DNA from: a bacterium
GTDB lineage: Bacteria > Electryoneota > Electryoneia > Electryoneales > Electryoneaceae
Reading direction: 5' to 3'
DNA length: 64,000 bases
NCBI GenBank assembly: GCA_963669175.1
Contig: OY769902.1
Span: 2,752,001-2,816,000, forward strand
The notes below the pieces were generated by a model. The model did not search any database, had not been told where the DNA came from, and saw only the letters and a list, made by a program, of their open reading frames with translations. The translations under genes and the position numbers were made by a program. The first letter of the stretch is position 1, and each line of letters begins with the position of its first letter. Below are positions 29,132-37,726 of the stretch, piece after piece.

Positions 29132-31951
29132 ATGGCAAGCGCCACCCTCATAGCGAAGAAGCCCATTTCCGCACTGAATCGTAAAGTGAACTTTGCTTAC
29201 GGAAAACTTTTTGCTGGTTTAACCGGTGCAATAGCAGGTTCAGCAACACAGAATTGGACTACTGCTGCTAAATCAACTATCGATGCCATTTTTTCGGTTT
29301 CTTTGGAAAAACTGAAGCTGGATGAAGTGGCGTGGTTGCTGATCCAACGTTCTATGGTACGCGCCACCTTTGACCTGCTCGAAGACAGCCGTCTGACTCT
29401 GGAAAAACAGAAACCGGAAAACGCGGAAAAAGAACTGGCGAAACTGGATTTCTCCTTTCAAGAAACAGAAATAGAATTGAATTCGGACTTCTTTGACTAC
29501 CCCGCACGTTTGCCTTACCTGAAAACCTTCCAGGATGTCCTGCTGCAATGGTTGGAACCCTACGGTGTGTCTGTTCCCGATAAAAAGGCGATTGTGGCAC
29601 GTTTGGGCAGCTATTTCGCCTTTGCTTTGGTTCGGGAATGGCGTGATAAACCAGATGTATATAATATCCTGAAGAGAATTGAGACACCTTTCACCAAGGC
29701 GGAAAACCGTGAGTTGGCATGGCGGTCGCACCGGGCCTACCTGCAACGCCAAGTCCAGGAAAACATGATGGATGAAGCCTTCGGGTTGGAGAAAGTCTAT
29801 ATCGATTTGCGTGCTTATTATTTCAAGAAAGAAAAACAATCGGAATACGATGAAGAAATGGAAGAAAGACACGTTAAAGATGCCGAGAAGCATGTGGTCA
29901 TGTTGCAGGATGAGCTTGAAAAATGGATGCGGAAATCAGATCGAAAAGATGCCTTGCGCGTGATCAGTGGCGGACCGGGCAGTGGTAAATCATCCTTCTG
30001 CAAAATGTTTGCCGCAACCATGTCAGGAAAACACCCGGACATCAACTTCCTTTACATCCCTTTGCACCATTTTAAATGCGAAGGCGAACTGATGTCATCT
30101 ATAGAGGAATATGCTCAGACACACAAATTCAGCCGTTTTGAACAGAATCCAGCAGACAAGCTCAAAGAAGATGAAAGAGTTTTTATCCTGTTTGATGGGT
30201 TGGATGAATTATCCGAAGCTGGTAAAGGTTCGCGAGAAGTTGCGCAACAATTTATGCAACAACTAGTCAATCAATTGTCAGATTGGAATGAATCCTACAT
30301 TAATGTGCAAGTGCTTGTATCTGGACGTGAAGTGGCAGTACAAGGTCAAGAGCAATTCTTCAAGAAAACCAGACAACTGTTTTTCCTGTTGCCCTATAAC
30401 TTGACAGAAAATGAGCAAAATGAATATCAAGGCAGAAAGGCTTTGATTACCAGGGACTTTCGCGATGATTGGTGGAAGAAGTATGGAGACGCCTTGGGAA
30501 AAGAGTATTCAACATGTCCGGATCGATTGAAGGAAAAAGATTTCGAAGAGATCACAACTCAACCTTTGCTAAATTACCTGGTCGCTGTTGCTTATGATCG
30601 TGGGCATCTGAAACTGGACGGTGATATCAATATCAACGATGTTTACCGTAGTCTGTTGGAATCAGTTCATAAGAGAGGTTACGAAGATTCACCTCATAAA
30701 GTGCTACAGGATATAGAGTTGAAAGACTTCAAAATCATCTTAGAAGAAATCGGACTTGCAACATGGTATGGTGATGGGCGAAAAACAACTGTGAAAGCTA
30801 TTGAACAAGTTTGTGAGCGCAATAACAGAAAACGCCTGTTGGATAAATTTAAAACTGGATCAGAATCAGGAGCATCGCGTTTGCTACTGGCATTTTTCTT
30901 CAGGAAAGAAGGGAATCAAGGTGGTGATGATGCCACTTTCGAATTTACGCACAAGAGCTTCGGGGAATACCTGGCTGCCAAACGTATAGTGCGAAATGTT
31001 ATCCAGATTGATCGTGATAGGACTAAAAAGCGGGATGACTATGACGATCTATACAACATCAAGGATAAACTGATCGAATGGACGAGGCTTTGCGGACCTG
31101 CCGAATTGGATATCTATATCCATGCATACGTATGCAATGAAATGAAGATTATCGGAAAGGAGAATTTGGAAATAGTCCAGTCGTTCCAAAACACTCTGCT
31201 GGAATTATTCAATGCAACGCTGCAAATGGGTGGAATGCCAATTGAGAAGGTCGTTGACGATAGACTGAAGACGCACCTGGAAGCACAAAAGTGGGTATGC
31301 CGTGCGGAAACAGCCTTGTTGGGTGTGTTAAATGCATGCGCAAGAACCACTGGAAATCCGGTTGAAATCCAGTGGCCCAAAAGAAACTCGATGAAAAATT
31401 GGTTGCATAAACTATCCTGTTTGAACGATAAAGAAGAGGATGAATCTCTGGTTGTTCATCAATACTTTTCCTATTGCCATATGGGAGATCACATCTTGAT
31501 AACAAGATGTGATCTCCCATATGGCAATTTCTACAAATCGGACCTTCGTGGCGCGTACCTTGTTGGCGCGGACCTTGTTGGCGCGGACCTTGTTGGCGCG
31601 GACCTTCGTGGCGCGCACCTTCGTGGCGCGCACCTTGAGCGCGCGTACCTTCGTGGCGCGTACCTTGAGCGCGCGGACCTTGTTGGCGCGTACCTTCGTG
31701 GCGCGTACCTTGAGCGCGCGTACCTTCGTGGCGCGTACCTTGAGCGCGCGAACCTTTATGGCGCGAACCTTCGTGGCGCGTACCTTGAGCGCGCGAACCT
31801 TTATGGCGCGAACCTTCGTGGCGCGAACCTTGAAGGCACTGATCTAACTGATGTTAAAAACTTCACCCAGGAACAATTCGATTCTGTCAAATCCTACGAT
31901 GAGAATACCAAAACTCCCCCCCACATTAAGCGCAAGAAACACAAGCCGTAG
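29132..31951 (+). CDS. NACHT (STAND) NTPase with C-terminal pentapeptide repeats
   Basis: Walker A GGPGSGKSSF, Walker B FILFDGLDEL, VLVSGR, QPLL, FEFTHKSFGEYLAA; C-terminal (D/Y/H/N)L(R/V/E/Y)(G/R)A repeats; looks more AT-rich than the flanking genes. Confidence 0.9.
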   Translation: MASATLIAKKPISALNRKVNFAYGKLFAGLTGAIAGSATQNWTTAAKSTIDAIFSVSLEKLKLDEVAWLLIQRSMVRATFDLLEDSRLTLEKQKPENAEKELAKLDFSFQETEIELNSDFFDYPARLPYLKTFQDVLLQWLEPYGVSVPDKKAIVARLGSYFAFALVREWRDKPDVYNILKRIETPFTKAENRELAWRSHRAYLQRQVQENMMDEAFGLEKVYIDLRAYYFKKEKQSEYDEEMEERHVKDAEKHVVMLQDELEKWMRKSDRKDALRVISGGPGSGKSSFCKMFAATMSGKHPDINFLYIPLHHFKCEGELMSSIEEYAQTHKFSRFEQNPADKLKEDERVFILFDGLDELSEAGKGSREVAQQFMQQLVNQLSDWNESYINVQVLVSGREVAVQGQEQFFKKTRQLFFLLPYNLTENEQNEYQGRKALITRDFRDDWWKKYGDALGKEYSTCPDRLKEKDFEEITTQPLLNYLVAVAYDRGHLKLDGDININDVYRSLLESVHKRGYEDSPHKVLQDIELKDFKIILEEIGLATWYGDGRKTTVKAIEQVCERNNRKRLLDKFKTGSESGASRLLLAFFFRKEGNQGGDDATFEFTHKSFGEYLAAKRIVRNVIQIDRDRTKKRDDYDDLYNIKDKLIEWTRLCGPAELDIYIHAYVCNEMKIIGKENLEIVQSFQNTLLELFNATLQMGGMPIEKVVDDRLKTHLEAQKWVCRAETALLGVLNACARTTGNPVEIQWPKRNSMKNWLHKLSCLNDKEEDESLVVHQYFSYCHMGDHILITRCDLPYGNFYKSDLRGAYLVGADLVGADLVGADLRGAHLRGAHLERAYLRGAYLERADLVGAYLRGAYLERAYLRGAYLERANLYGANLRGAYLERANLYGANLRGANLEGTDLTDVKNFTQEQFDSVKSYDENTKTPPHIKRKKHKP
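31473..31528. repeat. perfect 26-bp inverted repeat with 4-nt loop inside the NACHT CDS
   Basis: attgccatatgggagatcacatcttg-ataa-caagatgtgatctcccatatggcaat. Confidence 0.97.
31541..31840 (+). repeat. 20 x 15-bp tandem repeat encoding pentapeptide repeats
   Basis: Unit Nac-ctt-(cgt/gtt/gag/tat)-(ggc/cgc)-gcg with fixed synonymous codons; the last unit is degenerate. Confidence 0.97.
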
Positions 31952-32066
31952 AACTGAGAAGTCCTTGTCCCCGTCCCCTCCGGCAAGGCTTACCGGGGGG
32001 GAGGAAACTGCCGTTGGCTAGTCCTCTCTGGTTGTTGTAAACACATCACTTAGACGTATTCTCTCC

Positions 32067-32083
32067 TTGGCACATGGGTTGCA
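32067..32083 (+). promoter_or_regulatory. sigma-54 (-24/-12) promoter of flgB
   Basis: TTGGCAC-ATGGG-TTGCA matches the consensus, 34 bp before the flgB ATG. Confidence 0.85.
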
Positions 32084-32117
32084 CTTTGCAGGGCGTTGAC
32101 CATACAAAGGGCAGCGG

Positions 32118-32528
32118 ATGTTACGGGAAATTCTCTACGGCCAGACCAAAGAACCAGTGTTGAAGCGTGCGCTTGACGCCTTCGCGGATCGTCAACGGGC
32201 TATCGCGAACAACATCGCCAACGCGGAGTCGGAAGGCTACGTCCCGCGGGCGGTTGAGTTTGAGGAAAAGCTGAAGGAGACCATGGACCGTAACTCGAAA
32301 GGCATTGCCGCCACCAGCGAACGTCACATGCCGCAGCATCGGAATCTTGGCGATGTGCAGCATGAGTTCTATTTCCGTCCCACCGGGGAGCTTTCTGCCG
32401 GGAAGACGGATGTAGACATCGACAAGGAGATGACGGACCTGGCGACGAATATGCTGCACTACGAAGTGACAGCAAGGAAACTGGCCGACTATTTCTCCAA
32501 GATGCGCATGGCTGCCAAGGGTCAGTAA
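32118..32528 (+). CDS. flgB: flagellar basal-body rod protein FlgB
   Basis: RQRAIANNIANAESEGY, VDIDKEM. Confidence 0.93.
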   Translation: MLREILYGQTKEPVLKRALDAFADRQRAIANNIANAESEGYVPRAVEFEEKLKETMDRNSKGIAATSERHMPQHRNLGDVQHEFYFRPTGELSAGKTDVDIDKEMTDLATNMLHYEVTARKLADYFSKMRMAAKGQ

Positions 32529-32543
32529 GCAAGGAGTTGGATC

Positions 32544-33047
32544 ATGAATACTATACGTGGACTGTTTACCTCGATGGATATCAGCGCTTCCGGGCTGTCA
32601 GCCCAACGGCGCAGGATGAACGCCATCGCGGAGAACATCGCCAATGTCAATACAACACGCACTGAAGAGGGCGGCCCCTACCGTCGCAAGATCAGCTTCT
32701 TCAGCGAAGACCGGCAGGGGGTAGAGATCTACCGTGCCGAGCCGATACAGGGCAATGAGCTGGATGTTCAGTTCACTGACGGCAAGCACTTGTCAGGAGG
32801 CGGACAGCAGACGGTAGATCAGCGTTTCTCCGGGGTGAATTACCACCAGACACGGGACAATACGGAACCGGAACTGGTGTACGATCCGCAGCACCCGGAC
32901 GCGGACGACGAAGGCTATGTCGCCATGCCGAAGATTGATGTCGTGCAGGAGATGGTGGATATGATCGCGGCTTCACGCGCTTATGAGGCCAACGCCACCG
33001 CGATTGAATCGGCCAAGTCGATGGCCAAGAAGGCGATGACGATATAA
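32544..33047 (+). CDS. flgC: flagellar basal-body rod protein FlgC
   Basis: ISASGLSAQRRRMNAIAENIAN, PYRRK, YDPQHPDAD, EMVDMIAASRAYEAN. Confidence 0.96.
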   Translation: MNTIRGLFTSMDISASGLSAQRRRMNAIAENIANVNTTRTEEGGPYRRKISFFSEDRQGVEIYRAEPIQGNELDVQFTDGKHLSGGGQQTVDQRFSGVNYHQTRDNTEPELVYDPQHPDADDEGYVAMPKIDVVQEMVDMIAASRAYEANATAIESAKSMAKKAMTI

Positions 33048-33063
33048 TGAGGGTGGTATTTGC

Positions 33064-33219
33064 CTTTCATTCCCACGAAGGTGGGAATCCAGGCGAGTAT
33101 CGACATTATCAAATGCTGGTATTCAAAAAAAACCCCCTAATGAACAGTGCTTTTTAATAGTGTTGAATATCCACGGTTATGGCAACATGACTGGATCCCC
33201 ACCTTCGTGGGGATGAAAG
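33064..33219. repeat. intact family-1 REP doublet (REPIN/BIME-like, 156 bp)
   Basis: ctttcattcccacgaaggtgggaatccag ... ctggatccccaccttcgtggggatgaaag; single aatgaaca at 33139-33146. Confidence 0.9.
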
Positions 33220-33327
33220 TGTAGCTGGTTTTTCTTTTAGTGCGTGGCCCGGGTGCTGGCACCCGGGAGTAGATCAAGGGAAAGTAGATCCGTTGTAGAA
33301 CAAAGCCATTTTTATTGAGGATAAAGC

Positions 33328-33669
33328 GTGAACATTGATCCCAGACTGGAACGGTTGCAGAGCCTGATCGAGGAGAAGCGGTTGAGTAACACCGCGCTGA
33401 GCCGTACCACGACCACAAAGCGATCATTCACAAGTTATCAGCAGGTTACGGATGGATCGAATGAGCACAGGCTGAGTTCGCTGGTCCCGATGAAATCATC
33501 CATGCAGACGTCAATGGTGCGTGGATCACAGCGAGCGCAATCTGTAGAAGATGCCAATGGGGGGTTGTCGAAAAGCGCTAAACTTTCTAACCTTACTATT
33601 GGTGAGACGATCAGCCGCCAGGGACCGTCACAGAGTCACCTGGGGCAGTATATCGATTTGTACGCGTAG
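33328..33669 (+). CDS. hypothetical protein with YjfB-like C-terminal motif
   Basis: 113-aa Ser/Thr-rich ORF in the flagellar cluster ending HLGQYIDLYA; gagga before GTG. Confidence 0.55.
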   Translation: MNIDPRLERLQSLIEEKRLSNTALSRTTTTKRSFTSYQQVTDGSNEHRLSSLVPMKSSMQTSMVRGSQRAQSVEDANGGLSKSAKLSNLTIGETISRQGPSQSHLGQYIDLYA

Positions 33670-33715
33670 GATCTTGCAGAACGGATAGTCGTTCTGAACG
33701 AAGGAGAGAGGGCAG

Positions 33716-34129
33716 ATGGCAATCAACATCACATCCGGTATTGGCGGGTTGCGTGGACGTTTCCCCCAGGAGATGCGAGTGCTGGACAACCTGGACCCGG
33801 AGCAGCTCAAGCAGAAGATGGGTGGCCAGGATTTGCAGCGTCTTGATCCCGATGGCAACAACCTGCCGGATCGTTCCTCGACCATCCGTCCCGGGGACTC
33901 GAAAGGTGTAGAGAGTTTCAAGGACAGCCTGTCGAACTTGGTCAGTGATGTGGACCAGATGCAGAAAACCGCGGAAGAGGCTACACATCGCATGCTTACC
34001 GGTGAGTTGGAAGATGTTCACCAGGTGATGATAGCGATGGAAGAAGCGCAGACCTCATTCCAGCTCATGATGGAAATCCGGAACAAGATTCTGGAAGCGT
34101 ACAAAGAAGTCATCAGGATGCAGGTATAG
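33716..34129 (+). CDS. fliE: hook-basal body protein FliE (N-terminally extended)
   Basis: SFKDSL...DVHQVMIAMEEA...EIRNKILEAYKEVIRMQV. Confidence 0.93.
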   Translation: MAINITSGIGGLRGRFPQEMRVLDNLDPEQLKQKMGGQDLQRLDPDGNNLPDRSSTIRPGDSKGVESFKDSLSNLVSDVDQMQKTAEEATHRMLTGELEDVHQVMIAMEEAQTSFQLMMEIRNKILEAYKEVIRMQV

Positions 34130-34132
34130 CCC

Positions 34133-35740
34133 ATGAATCCGTTTTTGCAGATTCTCGAACACATCAAGTCGATCTGGAGTCGTCTCACCATGACCCAGCG
34201 GCTGGTCATCATCGGTGTGGTAACCGGTGCAGTGGTCATCATGGCCTCCGTGGTGCATTTCGCCGGACGTCCCGAGTATGTCACCCTGTTCAGCGGTTTG
34301 CCGGAAGAAGAGTCCGGCAAAGTAGTTGAATACCTTGAGGAACAAGGTGTCAACTATATTTTGGAGAATGGTGGTCATACGATTAAAGTCCAGCGTCAGG
34401 ACATGTACAAGTCCCGTATTCAGCTTGCCCAGGAAGGCATTCCCTCTGACGGTATTACCGGGTACGAAATCTTTGACCAGACCAACCTGGGGATGAGCGA
34501 ATTTGTACAGAAGCTCAACTTCCGCCGTGCGCTGGAAGGGGAGTTGGGGCGCACCATCGAGTCGTTGAGTGAAGTGGACAAGGCGCGGGTTCACATTGTG
34601 ATCCCGGAAGCAGCGTTGTTCCGTGAAGAACAGGAACCGACCACAGCGTCTGTTGCCTTACGTCTTCGCACCCATATCGACCAGAGCCAGGTGAACGGCA
34701 TCGCTCACCTGGTAGCGTCATCGGTACAGGGGTTGGATGTTGAGAACATCACGATTATCGATGGCAAGGGCAATGTCCTTTCCAATCTGCAAAGTCGTGA
34801 TGAAGTCATGGCCATGACCGCCAGCCAGCTTCAGTTGAAGCATACGGTTGAAGAGAATCTCGGCAAGAAAGTCGAGACCATGCTGGATGGCCTGCTGGGC
34901 AAGGATAAGGCGATTGTTCGAGTGGCGGTTGATCTGGATATGAGCCGCCAGGAGATCAACAGCGAATCCTTTGACCCGGACCGTGTGGCGATCCGTAGTG
35001 AAGAATCGGTTGAAGTACAGAGCAACACGACCGAACAGCGAACCTTTAATCCTGCCGACCCGAACCTTGCACCCCTGGGCGCGAATTCGAACTCCACCGA
35101 AAACAGCGTGATTACCAACTATGAAGTATCGCGTACCCAGAGCCATACGGTAAAGAACGGTGGCGGAATTCATCGTATCAGCGCTTCGGTGCTGGTTGAT
35201 GGTACGTATGCTGTGGTAACAGATGCTGATGGGAATTCGGTTGAGGAATATCGTCCACGCACCACCGAGGAAATGCAGCGCATTTCCCAGGCGGTTCGGA
35301 CAGCGTTGGGTATGGACGAAACTCGTGGCGATGAACTTTCTGTTGAAAATATCCAGTTCCAGATGGATGAACGTGAATTTGAAGAAGGCGGCATCCTGGA
35401 ATGGTTGAAAGAGAACTGGTATGATCTGGTACGTAACCTGGTGCTGGCGATTGCTGTGTTGGGGGCGTTGTTCTACGTGACCAACCTGTTGAAACGTTCC
35501 AGCAAGGCAGCGGCGGCGATGTACGAACGTCAGCTCGCAGCAATTCCTGAGACATCGGGACGGTTGGCTTTGCCGGAGGTGGAGGGTGTGCGTGCGCAAC
35601 GGCTAGCATTACCGGATATTGAAGATGATCTGCCGCCGGAAGTTGTGGAAGCCAACCAGCTCCAGCAGCAATTGGTAGACTTTGTGAATGAGAAGCCGGA
35701 TGTTGCAGCCCGGTTGATAAAAACCTGGCTGATCAACTAA
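34133..35740 (+). CDS. fliF: MS-ring protein FliF
   Basis: GYEIFDQ..LGMSEF, RRALEGELGRTI, ARVHIVIP, PTTASV, NYEVSR. Confidence 0.96.
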   Translation: MNPFLQILEHIKSIWSRLTMTQRLVIIGVVTGAVVIMASVVHFAGRPEYVTLFSGLPEEESGKVVEYLEEQGVNYILENGGHTIKVQRQDMYKSRIQLAQEGIPSDGITGYEIFDQTNLGMSEFVQKLNFRRALEGELGRTIESLSEVDKARVHIVIPEAALFREEQEPTTASVALRLRTHIDQSQVNGIAHLVASSVQGLDVENITIIDGKGNVLSNLQSRDEVMAMTASQLQLKHTVEENLGKKVETMLDGLLGKDKAIVRVAVDLDMSRQEINSESFDPDRVAIRSEESVEVQSNTTEQRTFNPADPNLAPLGANSNSTENSVITNYEVSRTQSHTVKNGGGIHRISASVLVDGTYAVVTDADGNSVEEYRPRTTEEMQRISQAVRTALGMDETRGDELSVENIQFQMDEREFEEGGILEWLKENWYDLVRNLVLAIAVLGALFYVTNLLKRSSKAAAAMYERQLAAIPETSGRLALPEVEGVRAQRLALPDIEDDLPPEVVEANQLQQQLVDFVNEKPDVAARLIKTWLIN

Positions 35741-35751
35741 GGAGAGCGATC

Positions 35752-36798
35752 ATGGCGAACAATACACCGGCAAAAGGGAAAAAGCAGGAATCGGAAGAGC
35801 TTAGCATTGCGACCATATCCGGTTTGAAGAAAGCTTCCATATTTCTGGTGGCTGTGGGCGCGACGCCCGCTGCTGAAGTGTATAAACACCTGACCGAAGG
35901 TGAGGTGGAACGGCTGACCAACGAGATTGCACGCCTGGAGAATATTCCCAGCTCACTGTTGAATGATGTGAACCAGGAATTCTACCAGATGGTTCTCGCG
36001 CAGCAGTATATCGCTGTGGGTGGGTTGGCTTATGCGCAGGAAGTACTGGAAGAATCTCTGGGTGAAGGCAAAGCGCTGGAGATTATCAAGCGTGTCCAGC
36101 AGGCATTGCAGGTCAAGGGCTTCAACGTGTTGCAGGAAGTGGACACCAACCAGCTCCTGGCCTTCCTCCAGAAAGAACACCCGCAGACCATCGCACTGGT
36201 ACTGACCCAGTTGAACCCGACCCAGGCGGCCAATGTGCTGACCGAACTGAGTCCGGCGATGCAGGTGGATGTCATGTACCGACTGGCGCAGATGGAACGT
36301 GTCAGCCCGGAAACAATCCAGGCGGTGGAACGAGTGCTGGAAAGCCGTATCGACTTCTCCAGCGGCGCGTCCAAGCTGGGCGGTGTGCAACAGGCTGCGG
36401 ATATCCTGAACATGGTCGGGCAACGGTTCGAGAAGAACATTCTCTCCGGTATCGCGAAGGAAAATCCGGATCTGGCCAGCGAAATCAAGAACCTGATGTT
36501 CGTATTCGAGGATATCATCAACCTCGACGACCGTTCGATCCAGAAGATCCTGCGCGAGGTGGACAACAAGGAACTGGCGATGGCGCTGAAGGCTTCCAGC
36601 GAAGAGCTGAAGACGAAGATCCTTGGCAATATGTCCAGTCGCGCCGCCGAGATGATCGAGGAAGAACTCGATTACATGGGCCCGGTTCGTTTGCGGGAAG
36701 TGGAAGAAGTACAACAGCGTATTATCGACATCATCCGCCGCCTGGAAGAAGAAGGCCAGATTGTTATTGCGGCCGGTGGCGAAGAGCAGATGGTGTAA
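35752..36798 (+). CDS. fliG: motor switch protein FliG
   Basis: EHPQTIALVL, GGVQQAADILN, MFVFEDI, NMSSRAA, MGPVRL. Confidence 0.97.
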   Translation: MANNTPAKGKKQESEELSIATISGLKKASIFLVAVGATPAAEVYKHLTEGEVERLTNEIARLENIPSSLLNDVNQEFYQMVLAQQYIAVGGLAYAQEVLEESLGEGKALEIIKRVQQALQVKGFNVLQEVDTNQLLAFLQKEHPQTIALVLTQLNPTQAANVLTELSPAMQVDVMYRLAQMERVSPETIQAVERVLESRIDFSSGASKLGGVQQAADILNMVGQRFEKNILSGIAKENPDLASEIKNLMFVFEDIINLDDRSIQKILREVDNKELAMALKASSEELKTKILGNMSSRAAEMIEEELDYMGPVRLREVEEVQQRIIDIIRRLEEEGQIVIAAGGEEQMV

Positions 36799-36871
36799 GG
36801 TTTTTTGTATGGCCCGACTGCTTGCTGTCGGGTTTCAGGTCGGATAAGAGTAGTGAACTTGAGGGACAGGG

Positions 36872-37726
36872 ATGCTGGAAGGCAGCAAACAGCAAGAGTT
36901 ACGTCGTTCACGAGCGCGGGTGATCTCCGGACCTTACCAAATCGTGGATGAGAATGGCGTAGCTCAGCATTCTTCAGAACAGATCGACAGTCTGCTTGAA
37001 GAAAAAAGCAAGAGCGGTCGGCTGGATGTATCCCTCAATCGTGAATCGTCGTCCGTGGCCTTAAATTATCACCATCACCGTTTCGGCAAGGGTAGGGTTG
37101 AGACTCTTGACGAGATCCGTACGCGACACAAGAATGAACTAGAATCTGCCTCAAAGGAAATGGAATCTCTGAAGCAGATGGCCGAGAAGCAGGTCGAAGA
37201 AGCGTATCAGAAAGGCTTGAAAGAAGGACACGCGAAAGGTCTTGAAGAAGGACGCCAGGAATATGCTGACAAGGCTCTGGACATGCAGCAGCGTGTTCAG
37301 GAATTGCTGGAAGCAACGGAAGCCGCAACGACAAGCTATTTCACTCAGATCGAGGATCGCCTGGTTGAATTCGCCATGAGCATTGCGCGTAAGGTGGTAG
37401 GGACAGCAGTTGAACAACATCGTGAAATTGCGGTCAAGCTGGCGAAAGACGCCATTGAGCAGGCTACCGAACGCAGTAAAATCCTCCTGATTGTCAATCC
37501 GGTTGACCTTGATATCCTGAAAGAGCACAAAGTTGAGCTGATGAGTGTTGCTACAGGGATTAAGAAGGTCGAGATCGAGACCAGCGAACGTGTGCATCCG
37601 GGCGGCGTGATCCTTGAGTCCGATGGCGGTTCAATTGATGCGACCATTCTGACCATGCTGGACGAAGCTTATAAGGCGGTGAAGCCCGGTTACGATGCCG
37701 GTGTGGCTGGGGAGGACAAGGTATGA
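36872..37726 (+). CDS. fliH: flagellar assembly protein FliH
   Basis: AYQKGLKEGHAKGLEEG GxxxG repeats, VNPVD, PGGVILESDGGSIDA; position between fliG and fliI. Confidence 0.88.
   Translation: MLEGSKQQELRRSRARVISGPYQIVDENGVAQHSSEQIDSLLEEKSKSGRLDVSLNRESSSVALNYHHHRFGKGRVETLDEIRTRHKNELESASKEMESLKQMAEKQVEEAYQKGLKEGHAKGLEEGRQEYADKALDMQQRVQELLEATEAATTSYFTQIEDRLVEFAMSIARKVVGTAVEQHREIAVKLAKDAIEQATERSKILLIVNPVDLDILKEHKVELMSVATGIKKVEIETSERVHPGGVILESDGGSIDATILTMLDEAYKAVKPGYDAGVAGEDKV

Noticed and set aside
31473-31840. Diversity-generating retroelement target (hairpin next to variable repeats)
   Set aside because: No reverse transcriptase or template repeat in the window, and the hairpin lies upstream of the repeats rather than downstream.
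31209-31847. Alternative-frame ORFs (ARTFV and KVRAN repeats, antisense MGDHILL...)
   Set aside because: They are by-products of the 15-bp repeat and the palindrome inside the NACHT gene.
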